Part shown: positions 24,919-36,700 of the stretch, in pieces
Position numbering within the stretch: position 1 is the stretch's first letter
Layout of the letters: every line of letters starts with the position of its first letter
Assembly: GCA_051294375.1 (NCBI GenBank)
Contig: CM119266.1
Span: 5,441,210 to 5,505,188 of the forward strand
DNA: 63,979 bases
Direction of reading: 5' to 3'
Source of the DNA: Paraspadella gotoi
Lineage: Eukaryota; Animalia; Chaetognatha
The notes under the pieces: generated by a model
The model's input: only the letters and a program-made list of their open reading frames with translations
What the model was told of the DNA's origin: nothing
Databases searched by the model: none
Made by a program: the position numbers and the translations under genes

Positions 24919-27900
24919 AGAGGAGAGAGAGAGAGAGAGAGAGAGAAGTTTTTGTTGTTATTGTTAAGTCGATATATTTTCAGTAGCTTTCAATTATGGT
25001 TTTTTTTATAAAATGTTTTATTTTATCTCTTGTAAATTTATTTTTAGTTTTACATTAGCCTCGTTTTTTAACTTTGGTGCAACCAACATAAGATTAACTA
25101 AAAGAAACTTTTTTTGTTTTCAAATATATTTTTATATATTATTTTAATATTTGCATTTCATTCATGTCCATCAGCTAATGAACAAGTAATTTTAAAGTCA
25201 TTTCCTCCCCCCTCCCCCCCCTCTCCCCCCCTCTCCCCCCCCTTCCAACCCAGCTCTACTTCATCTTCCACAACTCCAAACTCGCCATCCACCGCCACAA
25301 ACCCGCCGTCAAGTTCGGCCTCATGCACATGATGTCCACGAACCTCTGCGTGTGGTTGCGCACGCTCGTCACGGAGACTGTGGTCTCCATCCACAGTTTC
25401 CAGGCGGATGTGGAGTCGAAGGAGGCGAATGAGGTGGGCGTGGCCTTGGTCAACGAGTCGGTGGTTGGAAGCGGGGTGGGTCATCAAGGTGAGTTAATGA
25501 TGTACATATGGACTATGTAAGTATGAAAGTTGCCCGTTTTATCTCTTTTAGATAGATTTTATAATAGTTAATAAATTACGGTTTTGTTTAATAAGTAATA
25601 AGTAATACAAAGCAAGGGCTGCCCAATAAGGGATTTTCAACCCTTGACCCTCAGATTACTACTTCCTGTGCTTATCAGGCATCTGTTGAATATTAAAATG
25701 TCAAAATTATATTTGTTAGTCTTTAAGAATAGATTGGTATAACAGAGTTATACGCCCAATAAGGGACTCGAACCCTTGACCCTCAGATTAAAAGTCTGAT
25801 GCTCTACCAACTGAGCTAACCGGGCTTCTTATGAGCGTTACTCTTATAATTTTTTTCATTTTTAGTCTTTTTTAGTTTCGGCACGTCTCTCGTTTGGTTT
25901 GGTCAAATTTGTTAAAATGCAGTCAAATTTAAACTCTTACTTTTTATGGTCTCATTTCTTGTGGTCAATGAGTCACAGCCTCGTTTTTCGAGAGAGAAAA
26001 TGAAACCACATTTAGTTTTCGCTTGAACTGTCATCAAATTGTATCGCCCGCTGGAAACTACGTGTTTACAAGTTTCCAAAGGATTGTGATGTCATAATAA
26101 AGTTTAAAGTTGTATAACTCTACTTTTCTTTATACACTTTCGGCGAAACTTTTATATTACAACAAATTGACGTCCATAAATGGATCAGGAACCATCAGAT
26201 TTTAAGTCTGACGTCGTGCCGATTAAAATATAAAATATTTAACTTTTCTCAGTCTTAAGAAGAAAATAAGCGCCCAATAAGGGACTCGAACCCTTGACCC
26301 TCAGATTAAAAGTCTGATGCTCTACCGACTGAGCTAACCGGGCTCCTACAATATCGGGCAACTGTTTGAAGAATTTATCAAATTTTCAGATTCCAACTCA
26401 TCTTCGGCTGAAAGCCATTGCGTTCCGCGCGCCGACATCATGGGCAAAGTCTTTCACAACGCGAGTCCTTATCTTTATCCTTGCACGATCGAGTACAGCC
26501 TCATTTGCGCTGGTATTCTCTTCGTCATGTGGAAAAATGTTGGGAGAGGAGGAGGTAAAGTATATATTTAAAATTCGAAAGAAATAGTATTAGAACTGTA
26601 AATTGTAATGTTTTTTTAATTCATAACAAAAACGATATTAACATAATTGAATACAAAAAACAGTAACGGTATCAATAACAGCGTGAAAAGACTGGAACAC
26701 GGTAAATTGTAATTGTTTTTTTTTTTAAACTGTAACGGTCTTTTTTTTAATAACAAAAACGATATTAACATAATTAAAAAACCGTAACGGTATAAATAAC
26801 AGCATAAAAAAGACTAACAAATAAAACTACTAAAATGTTAAAAACTACTTCGTAAAGAAAGAGCTTCCTTCGCCTCCCAACAGAGGGCCTCCACACCAAT
26901 CAAGAACTGACCCGACGCAAAACGGAGCGCATGACAGTCGATTGTCGAGGCGCCTCTCGCGGCCTTTTTCTCGGCGTCGTCGTCCTCGTCGCCACCATCA
27001 TCTGCCTCATCGTCTTCTTCGTTCTCGTCCAACGGAGCGACTTCCAGAAGACGGCGGTCGATCTCGTCCACTTCGCCGAGATGACCCTGTATTTGATGGC
27101 ATTATTGGTCTCTTTGCTGGCCTTTTATCTCATGAGGTGATTAGTGGGGAATTACCCTGTATTTGATGGCCTTGTTGGTCTCTTTGCTGGCCTTTTATCT
27201 CATGAGGTGATTGGGAAAAAAATGTACTTGTTGGCCTTTTATCTCATGAGGTTTATGTCCCTCTGCTAGCCTTTTATTTAAAAAAGTGATTGGGCACGAC
27301 GCCCCTGTATTATTTAATTGCTCTCTTTGTCTCTCCGCTTTCATATTAAATTACCCAGATGGTTTTTTTAATAGAATTTTGACTCATCTGGTCATTGGTA
27401 AAGAGATTACCCTGTATTGCTCTTTCGCACTAGCGTTTTATCTAAAAAAAGGCGAATATTCCTCCATGCTCGCCTAAAATTTTGAGGTGTGATTATAAAA
27501 AAAAAAAATAAAATCAAACTTTATTAATCTCTCAAACAACGAAAAAAGAAAGGATAATTACCAGGTGTGATTATTAAAATCGTCATAAAGATCAATATTG
27601 TATTTGAATAAGAATTAAATTTTCCTTTTTTTTTTTTTAGAAAACATTTAATCTTCAACAAAAACGCTGACGCCGACATAGACGACATGATTCTTGTCAT
27701 TTCTCTTCCCGGGATTTTCATCTTTTCCGTCTTCGGGATCATCGCCGGCAGCTACACCATCGAAGAAGGTCCGATCGAGTCTCTTGCCTTTTGTTCTTTT
27801 TTAACAATTCGATTGGAAAATCTGACATCTATCGGTAGAATTTAAAACTATCTACATTTATCAAAACTATAAAACCTTATTTCCTAATATCGAATCATCT

Positions 27901-29202
27901 TGTCCTTATTTTGTAAATTTTATATTTACTTTTATTACATTTATTAGTATTAATCACATCTCTTCTTTCACAGGCGGAAACCTGGTGATCGTGACATGCA
28001 TCATGGATCTCATTCAGGCAGTCGTGCAGACTCTCTTCATTCTCGAGGCCATGAGGCGGCGATCGGGTCAGTTAATGGTTAACGGTTAATGGTTAATTGT
28101 TAACAGTGAATTGTTAATGGTTATTGGTTCGTCCAGAGTAATTTCGTGATTCTTCCAAATAAAATTTTGTTTTTAGGTCCTTTACCAAAAAATGCCATGA
28201 AACCTGGTAAAGTCAATTTTTGTATTGACAAATAATTAATTTCCGTTTATTATTGAATAATTGAATTATTTTCAATCAAGTAAAAATCATACAAATATCA
28301 AATTTTTTTAATAAATTTTCGAAATCGCATTGATAAACAATTGATTAAGTTTTAATTCATACTTTTACTTAAATCATACATTGAACTTAAATTTAAAATT
28401 AAATTCGCATCTCTTTTACAGGAACTGCCAAAGTCGCTGAGGAGACACCGGGTCGCAACTGCGTCACTTTCTTGCTCATTTGCAACATCTCAATGTGGGG
28501 CATCAACGTCTTTGAGACGCAAAGATCCGACGCCAATCCTTATAAGGTCAGTTGAGCTTAACAAAGAGGTAAAACATTCTGCATCAGGATTTTCGATATT
28601 TTTGGAAAAAACTAAAGATAACACTTTTGAGTTGAAGTTTAACTTTTATTCATTCAAAAGTATCTGTAAGTCATATATACAGATAAACATTAAACAGTCC
28701 AATAAATTAATTTGGCTAAAAGTTTGCTAATCGTTGACGTTTTGCAATGCAATTGACCGGCTTCGATATACATACAATTAAGTCATTTTTTTTAAAACTA
28801 AGACTATAAATTAAAGCAACTATAAATGTCTATGGACATCTGTGAATTAAGACTAAAGAGATTTAAGACAACCATCTTTGTCATTTTGTTCAAAAGTTGT
28901 TTTAAAATTAAAATCTTCAATATTTCCATTATAAGGTGATTGATTGAGGACTACTAGTAATATTGAGAAACTAGTCTCACTTTAATCTATATAGTTCCCA
29001 CTTTCGCGATTCTCATTGATACCATTTATTCTTTCCCCAGTGGCACTTTTACGGTCACTCCGCTTGGACGATCATCAACCACATCGCGACGCCACTCTCC
29101 ATCCTCTATCGATTCCATTCAACCGTCAGTCTTTCCAACATCTGGAAGAACGCCTACAAATATAGACCTACAAGGACGATGACCTTTGAGCGCAACGGTT
29201 GA
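19510..29202 (+). CDS. Otop: Otopetrin family proton channel, 11 coding exons, ~826 aa
   Basis: Manual splice model with GT-AG introns and consistent phases: 19510-20079, 20448-20568, 22802-23172, ~24586-24843, 25254-25488, 26390-26554, 26884-27136, 27641-27768, 27974-28066, 28422-28546, 29041-29202 (total 2481 nt). Otopetrin motifs: FYLYLF, GSFYMRLGAVAFGIGSMI, FTFVQLYFIF, KFGLMHMMSTNLCVW, ASPYLYPCTIEYSLIC, VDCRGASRGLFLG, PGRNCVTFLLICN, FYG..AWTII.H...PLSILYRFHSTV. Confidence 0.95.
20210..20282 (-). tRNA. trnK-UUU: tRNA-Lys (anticodon TTT)
   Basis: Reverse complement GCCCGGTTAGCTCAGTCGGTAGAGCATCAGACTTTTAATCTGAGGGTCAAGGGTTCGAGTCCCTTATTGGGCG; 73 nt cloverleaf with A and B boxes and a T5 terminator just downstream. 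Confidence 0.96.
20448..20568 (+). CDS. Otop: Otopetrin exon 2
   Basis: cag|GAT; DSNAEEEKILRPLSQLTTSFYLYLFLVSTIFCLYVYLFIL; donor gtgagt (phase 1). Confidence 0.88.
20693..21635 (+). mobile_element. Helentron/DINE-1-like non-autonomous element, copy 2 (otopetrin intron 2)
   Basis: cggtccgcccccttaatcttgtcgga...(TGTC)n cccaccttagcaaaa...tandem core...gcagatccgacatggtttgctcaaactt. Confidence 0.75.
22802..23172 (+). CDS. Otop: Otopetrin exon 3 (cytoplasmic loop)
   Basis: Poly-T plus cag acceptor; DGFVDIVEFFERTFRRTKRLFCR...DSASYAP; donor gtgagc. Phases match both neighbours. Confidence 0.8.
24160..24440 (+). repeat. Degenerate minisatellite (atctttgttcgcatc units) upstream of otopetrin exon 4
   Basis: Repeated tgttcgca/tgctcgca motif, which gives the CSH repeats in ORF 24088. 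Confidence 0.65.
24586..24843 (+). CDS. Otop: Otopetrin exon 4 (5' boundary uncertain; two compensating indels)
   Basis: GAMSTGSFYMRLGAVAFGIGSMIHDALGFAQLLE...THIAF/TFVQ|gt. Reading through requires a frameshift in a G-run and a return to frame in a T-run. The acceptor may lie further upstream. Confidence 0.8.
25254..25488 (+). CDS. Otop: Otopetrin exon 5
   Basis: cag|LYFIFHNSKLAIHRHKPAVKFGLMHMMSTNLCVWLRTLVTET...GHQ|gtgagt. Confidence 0.93.
25621..25658 (-). pseudogene. Truncated tRNA-Lys fragment (3' half, damaged B box)
   Basis: gcccaataagggattttcaacccttgaccctcagatta matches the 3' half of the neighbouring tRNAs and stops at the anticodon loop. Confidence 0.8.
25753..25825 (-). tRNA. trnK-UUU: tRNA-Lys (anticodon TTT)
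   Basis: Same sequence as the 20210 copy except one D-loop change (TCAGTTGG). Confidence 0.94.
26271..26343 (-). tRNA. trnK-UUU: tRNA-Lys (anticodon TTT)
   Basis: Identical to the 20210 copy; T4 run downstream. Confidence 0.96.
26390..26554 (+). CDS. Otop: Otopetrin exon 6
   Basis: tttcag|...HCVPRADIMGKVFHNASPYLYPCTIEYSLICAGILFVMWKNVGRGG|gtaaag. Confidence 0.95.
26884..27136 (+). CDS. Otop: Otopetrin exon 7
   Basis: cag|EGLHTNQELTRRKTERMTVDCRGASRGLFLGVVVLVATIICLIVFFVL...AEMTLYLMALLVSLLAFYLMR|gtgatt. Confidence 0.92.
27641..27768 (+). CDS. Otop: Otopetrin exon 8
   Basis: Poly-T tag|KHLIFNKNADADIDDMILVISLPGIFIFSVFGIIAGSYTIEE|gt. Confidence 0.9.
27974..28066 (+). CDS. Otop: Otopetrin exon 9
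   Basis: cag|GNLVIVTCIMDLIQAVVQTLFILEAMRRRS|gtcagt. Confidence 0.92.
28422..28546 (+). CDS. Otop: Otopetrin exon 10
   Basis: cag|TAKVAEETPGRNCVTFLLICNISMWGINVFETQRSDANPYK|gtcagt. Confidence 0.93.
29041..29202 (+). CDS. Otop: Otopetrin exon 11 (terminal)
   Basis: cccag|WHFYGHSAWTIINHIATPLSILYRFHSTVSLSNIWKNAYKYRPTRTMTFERNG, then TGA. Confidence 0.94.
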   Translation, partial: WHFYGHSAWTIINHIATPLSILYRFHSTVSLSNIWKNAYKYRPTRTMTFERNG

Positions 29203-29814
29203 CAATCGGTTGACAATCGGTTGACCATCGGTTGACAATCGGTTGACAATCGGATGGTTCACCCTATTGGCAAAGACGGTCCACGAAGGCGGTTCACTAT
29301 ATTGACTAACAAAATCGTTTTTTATTGCACTTTGACGGAGATGATACACATTTAACGAAAATGGATTAAGACTTTTATTCTACGAATTATTTAATTTCTA
29401 TCCTTTTATTAATCAAAAATGTCTACTTTTATAAATGTAGTCCAACGTTCCCAAATATTAATCTCGAACAAAAATGATTCGGATTGTAGGGTTTATTTTT
29501 CTAAGGGTATTTTGTTCTTTTTGTTTGTAGTTTAAATTTTGTTCTTTTTGTTTACATCTAACAACATTTTCCGCTTTTCGAAGCGGACGTTTCGTTCTTT
29601 TTTTTTCACATACTTATATTGTATGTAAATGATTTCTTAGTGATCTGTTAATGAAATTTACCGCGTACTTTGAACCATTCTTTGGTTGCATGAAAATTGT
29701 GAGATAAATTCATATTTTTTTTTTTTTTTTGGAAATACACTCGCTTTAAATTCTCACGTATAGAACCGAGACTAGTTGTCAAAATACTCTACTCTATCAA
29801 CCGGTAGCTCTCTC

Positions 29815-29912
<98 letters not shown>

Positions 29913-30393
29913 ATCGAGAGCGAAAGCGAAAAAAGACAAAAGATCAATCGCCGCTTGTTTTGAGCGGCGGACAACTTTTCATCCGGAGACAAAAGAACAT
30001 CGGAGATTTTTATGGTGAGACAACGAGAGAGAGAGAGAGAGTCTTAACTTTAAAAGAAAGAAAGAAAAAAGAAAGAAAAAAGAAAGATGGAGAGATTATT
30101 TTCTCTAGATCCTTAAATCGCCGACGGATAATCAAAAAATCTCTTTCAAAAAATAAAAAATGGAACGAAAATGATAAATCGTAAATTTTTTGTGAGGAGA
30201 TAGAATGAAAAAAAATTAGGGTGAGATTTGACGGGACGATCCTCGCTCTGTTTTTTATTTAATATTTTTTCTTTTTTTTCTTTTTATTTTTCCTTTTTCT
30301 TTTTTCCTTTCTCTTACTTTCACTCTTTCACTTTCTCTAACTTTCTCTCACTTTCTCTTTCCCTCTCATCCCCCCCCCTCTCTCTCTCTCTCT

Positions 30394-33168
30394 AGCAAGA
30401 TGAGCGGGTTAACAACTCGAAACATAAAATCCTATTGGGGGGATTTTAATCTCCTTCAAAATACTTTAGGGGGCCAGCAACTGATTTCTGCTTGTCTGCG
30501 AGCATTTTGGGTAAACTTAGTTGTCAAATACAAAACTTAATAACATACACACTGACTTGCCAACATACATAAAGTTAAAAATAAACGGAGAGAGACAGAG
30601 AATGCAATGGCTTCTAGACACTATGTTTTTTTGAACAATAAGATATGTGAACAAAAGTAGAAGGTTATGAAGTTTTAGTGACGTAGGCAAGTAGGAGAAA
30701 TCACTTGCCAACCTAACCAAAAATCCATATTAACAAGGATAAAAATACAGAGAAACACATACTAAACTCGATTTGTAAAATTTAACAATATGTTCGGAAA
30801 TATTTTTGCGAATGTTCCAATGAACGAAGACTCCTGGAAAGCAACAGATACAGAAGATAAAGTTGAGATTCTGGGCAAAATTGTCCCATGCAAGCAAAAA
30901 AAAGAAAGCGAATACGAGGTGCAAAATCCATACTAGGAATGGGTTTTTTTGCAAAACCTTCTTTTATTGACAATAAAACCATAGAAGAAAACGCTTTCAA
31001 TGGCAAAAGAGAAACGAGGACAAAGACCACTTCAATAGTTGACAAATCTTTGGAAAAAAAAAATGGAGACGATGATCAATTATATCTCCCCGTTGAAAAG
31101 TCAAAAGAAGACTAAAAGAAGATAAATATCTTTATGAACCAAGCATATGTCAAAAATTGGAAAAGGAAGTTGGACAGCGGAAAAAAGTGGAGACTAATCA
31201 ATGATATTATTGGGTACAAAGGAGGGAGAGTGTTACAGGCGGACTGGCATTGCTTAAAAAAGAAAACGTGCAACATACACACAAAACAAAAAGGAGAAAA
31301 GATTAGACATGTTTGCAGGAAAGAATGGAAACGTACCATTGCCAGCCTGAACCAAACATTAATAAAACCAGGGGTGATTTTTTCATGAAGTTGAACGAAT
31401 TCAAAAATCAGGAACCAGAATCTTCTTAAACCAACAATAGAACAATCACGAATCAGAAACTTAGCAAAATCTTTGCAATGTCGAAACGGTCATCAGCTTA
31501 TACAGAATCTAAAAAATCGATCTGCACCTGGTCAAGGATGGGGATTACTCCCAGTTTATGCTGAAAAATGTTCTCCCTTTAAATAGGAAGAAATTATTTT
31601 GCTGGTTAGAAATAATTGAAAGAATGTTCTCATGAAGGGTCGTTCCTTAAAACCTTTGGAAGCACTCAAACCTGAGAATGCTCCACAAGCCTGGCAAAAA
31701 TCCCACTGATGTAAAAAGCTATCGTCCTATAAGCTTAATATCGGCTTGTTGGAAAATTACTGGAGGAAAGAGTGTCTCAAGAACAGCTTTGTTAAATACA
31801 CCAACTTCCTTAGGTACTATGGGTCCTCTTCAATCTGCTTACATAAAAAATTAGCGCTGTGCTCAAGAGAATGTAATAAGACTTCGTAGAAGATATCAAC
31901 TCGGGGGCGGTTTCGAAAAAAGAAAAAAGTGCACCATTGCTGTGCTTTAGATTTCTCTGTTCGCTTTTAACTCAATGTGGAGCGATGGCCGCATTTAAAA
32001 ATAGTTTTTAAAGCCAGATATCCAGAATGAGCTGATAAGAATAATCAATTATACTTTACAACAAGAGAGAGATGAATGTGTCTGACGCAACACTATATCT
32101 AAAAACAGTAACGCCTGCAAAAAGTGCACCACAGGGAGGGATAATCAGTCCAAAACATCTTACTTTTTATGGACGAATCTTCCAACTGAACAGGTTTTGG
32201 TTAAGCAGGGGTGCCCAAAGTACGCAGACGACACATCCATCTGGGCGAGCGGGAAAAACTCTAGATGAAGCAAAAGACAAACTACAACCAGTTCTCAACA
32301 AATTGTAAGATGCGCTGTGAAACCTGGCACTACCAATTATCACCAGGTAATCAGTTTGCCAACCATTTTTAGTAGGTGTCAAAACCATTCATTAATGGTT
32401 CTATGAACTTTACCTCGGGCGATGACAAAGTTGTTTTCTACAAGGAATTGAAATTGCGCTGGGATGGTCCTAGATAATAAACTACAATGGGCAAATTCAT
32501 TGACCAACTCACTGATAAAGCAAAAACAAAAATCATGGCCATCAAAAACTAGCAAACAAAGGAAAAATAAACAACTTTAGATCTGTTTTCAGTTTTATAC
32601 AATAGCCTTGTCACTTCTATTTTGATTACTCTAGTGTTAATCTGGCTTACAATGTCCGATCATCAGTGGTCTAAATTAGAGAAGCTACATTTGAAGAGCC
32701 ATAAGAACATTTGTTTTTAAATCTTCCAATCCATAACATCAGCAAAGCTCGTATACGATGCAGCAGGAGAAATCCTCCCTCAAAAACAAAATCATCTCAA
32801 GAGCCAAAGGGAAAGGCTAGAAAAATCGATCAAAACAATTTTACTTTTTCCGAGACATTTTTAGAAGAAATGAACTTGACGACCCTAAGACGTACAAATC
32901 TCCAATTACATTTTGTTACCAAGAGGATATAGAACATCTAATCATTGTTATCTTTAAATTTTATGTTTTGATTGACCTAACCCACTAATTTTTAAAGAGT
33001 GTTCTACAAACTATTTCCGTTGTAATGTTTAGTATCTTTAATGTTGACAGTTCATCTGTTGCTTATGCGTAAGCGTATATTTAATATCTGAGCCAAAAAG
33101 GACTACATAGGCCCGCTAATAGCGTTGCCCAAAAGGCCGTATTCGTTATATATTCATTTCATTCATCT
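30394..33168 (+). mobile_element. Degenerate non-LTR retrotransposon (LINE; APE endonuclease plus RT remnants), 5'-truncated
   Basis: Frameshifted remnants: GDFN-like at ~30440, KPGKNPTDVKSYRPISL at ~31688-31740, APQGGIISP at ~32125-32152, YADDTSIW at ~32221-32244. 3' end in attcatttcattca; flanked by CT repeats. Confidence 0.88.
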
Positions 33169-33169
33169 C

Positions 33170-33309
33170 TTCTCTCTCTCTCTCCCCCATCTCCTCTCTT
33201 TCCGACCCTCTCTGTCTTTCTTTGTCATTCTCTCTCGTGTTTTTCTTTAATTCTCTTTCTTTCCCTAGGAGCTCTATTCCTCTCTTACTTCTCTTCATTT
33301 TTTTCTCAC

Positions 33310-33380
<71 letters not shown>

Positions 33381-33514
33381 CCATCTCTCTCTCTTTCCGA
33401 CCCTCTCTGTCTTTCTTGTCATTTTCTCTCTCGTGTTTTTCTTTAATTCTCTTTCTTTCCCTAGGAGCTCTATTCCCTCTTACTTCTCTCATTTTTTCTC
33501 ACTTTCTCTCTTTT

Positions 33515-33588
<74 letters not shown>

Positions 33589-33725
33589 CCCATCTCTCTC
33601 TCTTTCCGACCCTCTCTGTCTTTCTTTGTCATTTTCTCTCTCGTGTTTTCTTTAATACTCTTTCTTTCCCTAGGAGCTCTATTCCTCTCTTACTTCTCTC
33701 ATTTTTCTCACTTTCTCTCTTTCTC

Positions 33726-33770
<45 letters not shown>

Positions 33771-33775
33771 CCTCC
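33170..33775 (+). repeat. Three-copy ~200-bp CT-rich tandem repeat
   Basis: Unit cccccatctctc...tttccgaccctctctgtc...ccctaggagctctattcc...cactttctctct recurs at ~33184, ~33377 and ~33586. Confidence 0.85.
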
Positions 33776-36700
33776 CTGTACCCTCTTCCCCCAAAATCTC
33801 ATTTTATCCTCGTCTTTATCCCCGAAAAGAAAAGAGAAGAATAAAGATTTTAATCTTCTTAAAATCAGATTTTCGATTCAAAATTTCTCTTGAGATAAAA
33901 AAAGTCAAATTTTTTTATAGAGCGATTTTCAGGGAGTCCCGCGCCCGAGACCGACTTTCATCGTGTTTACATTTTGTCCTACAACATTTTTTGAAGATTT
34001 GAAATAAACCGCCAAAAAAAAAATTGGAGTAGAAAATCCCGGATTAATTTCTTTTCTTTTTTTTTTAAGTCGATTTTTGTCGTTTGTTCTTAATCTCTTG
34101 TTTTTACTACGATAAATATCGCTAGAAGGTTTCTTCTTTTTATGCAAAAGCTGCGGTTCCTTTTAAAAGGTTTTAACAGAAAATTCACTTTGTAGAAACA
34201 AAATTTAAATGGTCAATTGGTCAGGTTTTTAGTGAAATAAAAAAAGTAAAGTTTCTTCTCAATTTTCCACGTAATTGTGCATAGAAATGTTGAAATATCT
34301 ATGAATATTTTGATTTTTATTATTTTATTAGGAAATATAATTTAAAGTGGGAACGATAATAATTTTTGTTAAGATAATGAATAATTAAAGTTAAAGTTTT
34401 TTGTTATTCTATATAGAATCCTAAATTTACATAATGCTTAACTTAAAATCGTGGCTTTTCCTTAACCAATAAACCTCAAAAAGACCGAAAAACAAAAAAA
34501 ATCTACTTCCTGTAATTAATGTAACACTTTTAAAAATAATTCAAGAAAAACCTTTCCTAACTTATTTAGTCATATAAAGAACGAGTGGTCTTTAGCCCAT
34601 TTTCTTTTTTTTCATCAGGAAGTAATTTATCAACCAAACACATTTTTTTTGAAAAATAAGGTGACCAAAGTTTTAAAAAAATAAGGAAAAAATTTTCATC
34701 TTTTTTTTTTGAAAAAAGAAAAAAAAAACCAAAAAGTGAAAGACTTTAACGAGCCATCTCATCAAAGTCGTGGTTAACACTTTTTTATAATGTTTTTCCC
34801 GGTGCTAACGCGTTAACGTGTGAGTCCGCATCGTGGTTAACACTTTTTCCTCACTCTTTCTCTCTCTCTCTCACACACACAAAGAAGAAAAAAGTACATC
34901 CAGGGGAAAAAAAGGGTCCGCCGGGAGAGAGAGAGAGAGAGCGAGAGAGAGCGAGAGAGCGAGAGAGAGAGAATCCTCGAAACTCGTAAATCGAATTTGT
35001 GACAAAAATTGGGAAAAAAGTCAAATGAAAATTTCGTTGGGACAATGAGAGTCTTTTGGGAAGACAAATGAAAGCAACAACCAGTTGACTTTTACGAGAC
35101 TTTTTTTCATTCAATTCCCCAACATCACAATTATGACTCGTTTCATTTATCATCTCTGGCGGCTGCGGCAGGGGAAAAGTGAGAGAGAGAGAGAGAGTGT
35201 GTGATTATATTAGTGAAATAGAGAGGGAGAGGAGCGCAGGCAGTCACTGTCTCTTTTGAATAGAACAAAAATTGAGAAATGGAATGAGGGAAGAATGATT
35301 CGCTTCTTGTCTTAGATTCTACAAATATATTATTTCTGCTCTAATCCTTCTCCTTTAGTATAAATGCATAGTTCGGGGTTTTTTCCTTGTCTTAAGGTTA
35401 TAGTATATAGTATTTAGCTGTCAATGTCTTCATATTTTTTTTTTTGGAAATAAATTCGTGATAAATGATTATATGCTCCGCGTGACTTTTCATATGTATT
35501 GTTTGTCTGTGATTCTGTTTCATTTGTTCCTCATTTTGAATACAATACAATACTTTATTTATCTCATCATGACCTCAGTTTTTGCTTTAGGTTAATTAAA
35601 TTCGTATTTTTAAAAATTTTGCTTAAAACTAGATTTTCATTTTGAAATGATGTATCCGATGAAAAGAGTCCAAATCACAGATCAGAAAATCTTTCGTCTT
35701 TTCTTAAACATCTTAATTATTCTTTTTTCCTAAAGTTGCAACATCTGCTAGATATTATCGAAAAACCCCCACGCGTCGCCTTTTGAAAAAAAAATGATAT
35801 AACAATAAAACCTAACAAACAAAATATTATCTCTTCATCGCAAAAGTCTGTCGCGATGAAGAAAATAAAAAAAACATGGGCGAATATCATTGTCGATTTC
35901 TCTCTTCCTCGACACCCCCTATCATTTCTCCCTCATTTCCCCCACCCACTCTTCATACCTTTTCTTCTCCTCTCCCACCCCCCGGCCTCTTTTAAACCCC
36001 TCCCTCTCCCTTTTTTCCATCAAAAAAAACAAAAAAACTCACAAAACAAAACAAAAAAAAACCTAAGAAAAACTCTGATTTTAATTTCGGCTTCAAAAGA
36101 CAAAAACTGAAGCCGAGTTAATTCCGACTAATTTCCTGCCTCTAATTAAAAACGTTCACCGACGCAGAAAGAGAGGATCGTCTTTTGTCCCTCCGTCCGT
36201 CCGTCCGTCTCTCAGTCCGTCCGTCTTGAACCCTGCTTCTGCGGAAAGGCGACCACCGTCGACTTTTCCAAGTGGATCGTCCGCATTGCTGCAAGAAAGT
36301 GGCTAAGACGCTGAGCGAGCGACGCCGATCGCCGGGGTCCATGTCTCTCTCTCTTCCTCTTCTCTCATCCTCTCTCTTCTTCTCCTCTCTCATCTTCGTA
36401 CTTTCTCTCTCTCTCTCTCTGCTCAAGAAACGAGGGTTTTATTTGTATTCTTTTTTATTTTTTGTGTTTTGTTATTTTTATTTTTCTTGCATTTCTTATT
36501 TGTGTTTATTTCCAGCTATTGTCTCTTTTGCCTTCAGGTATCTAAAAAAATTGTGAGGGTTTAAATTCTTTGTTTTAAAGTCAGTTGGTTTTTCGGTTTA
36601 TTTCATTTTCATAATTTCGATTTAAAGTTTAGTTTGGCAGGTTTGAGCTTCGAAGCGCAAAAACAATAGTAAAAAATTGAATTGTAAAAAGCCTTTCCTA

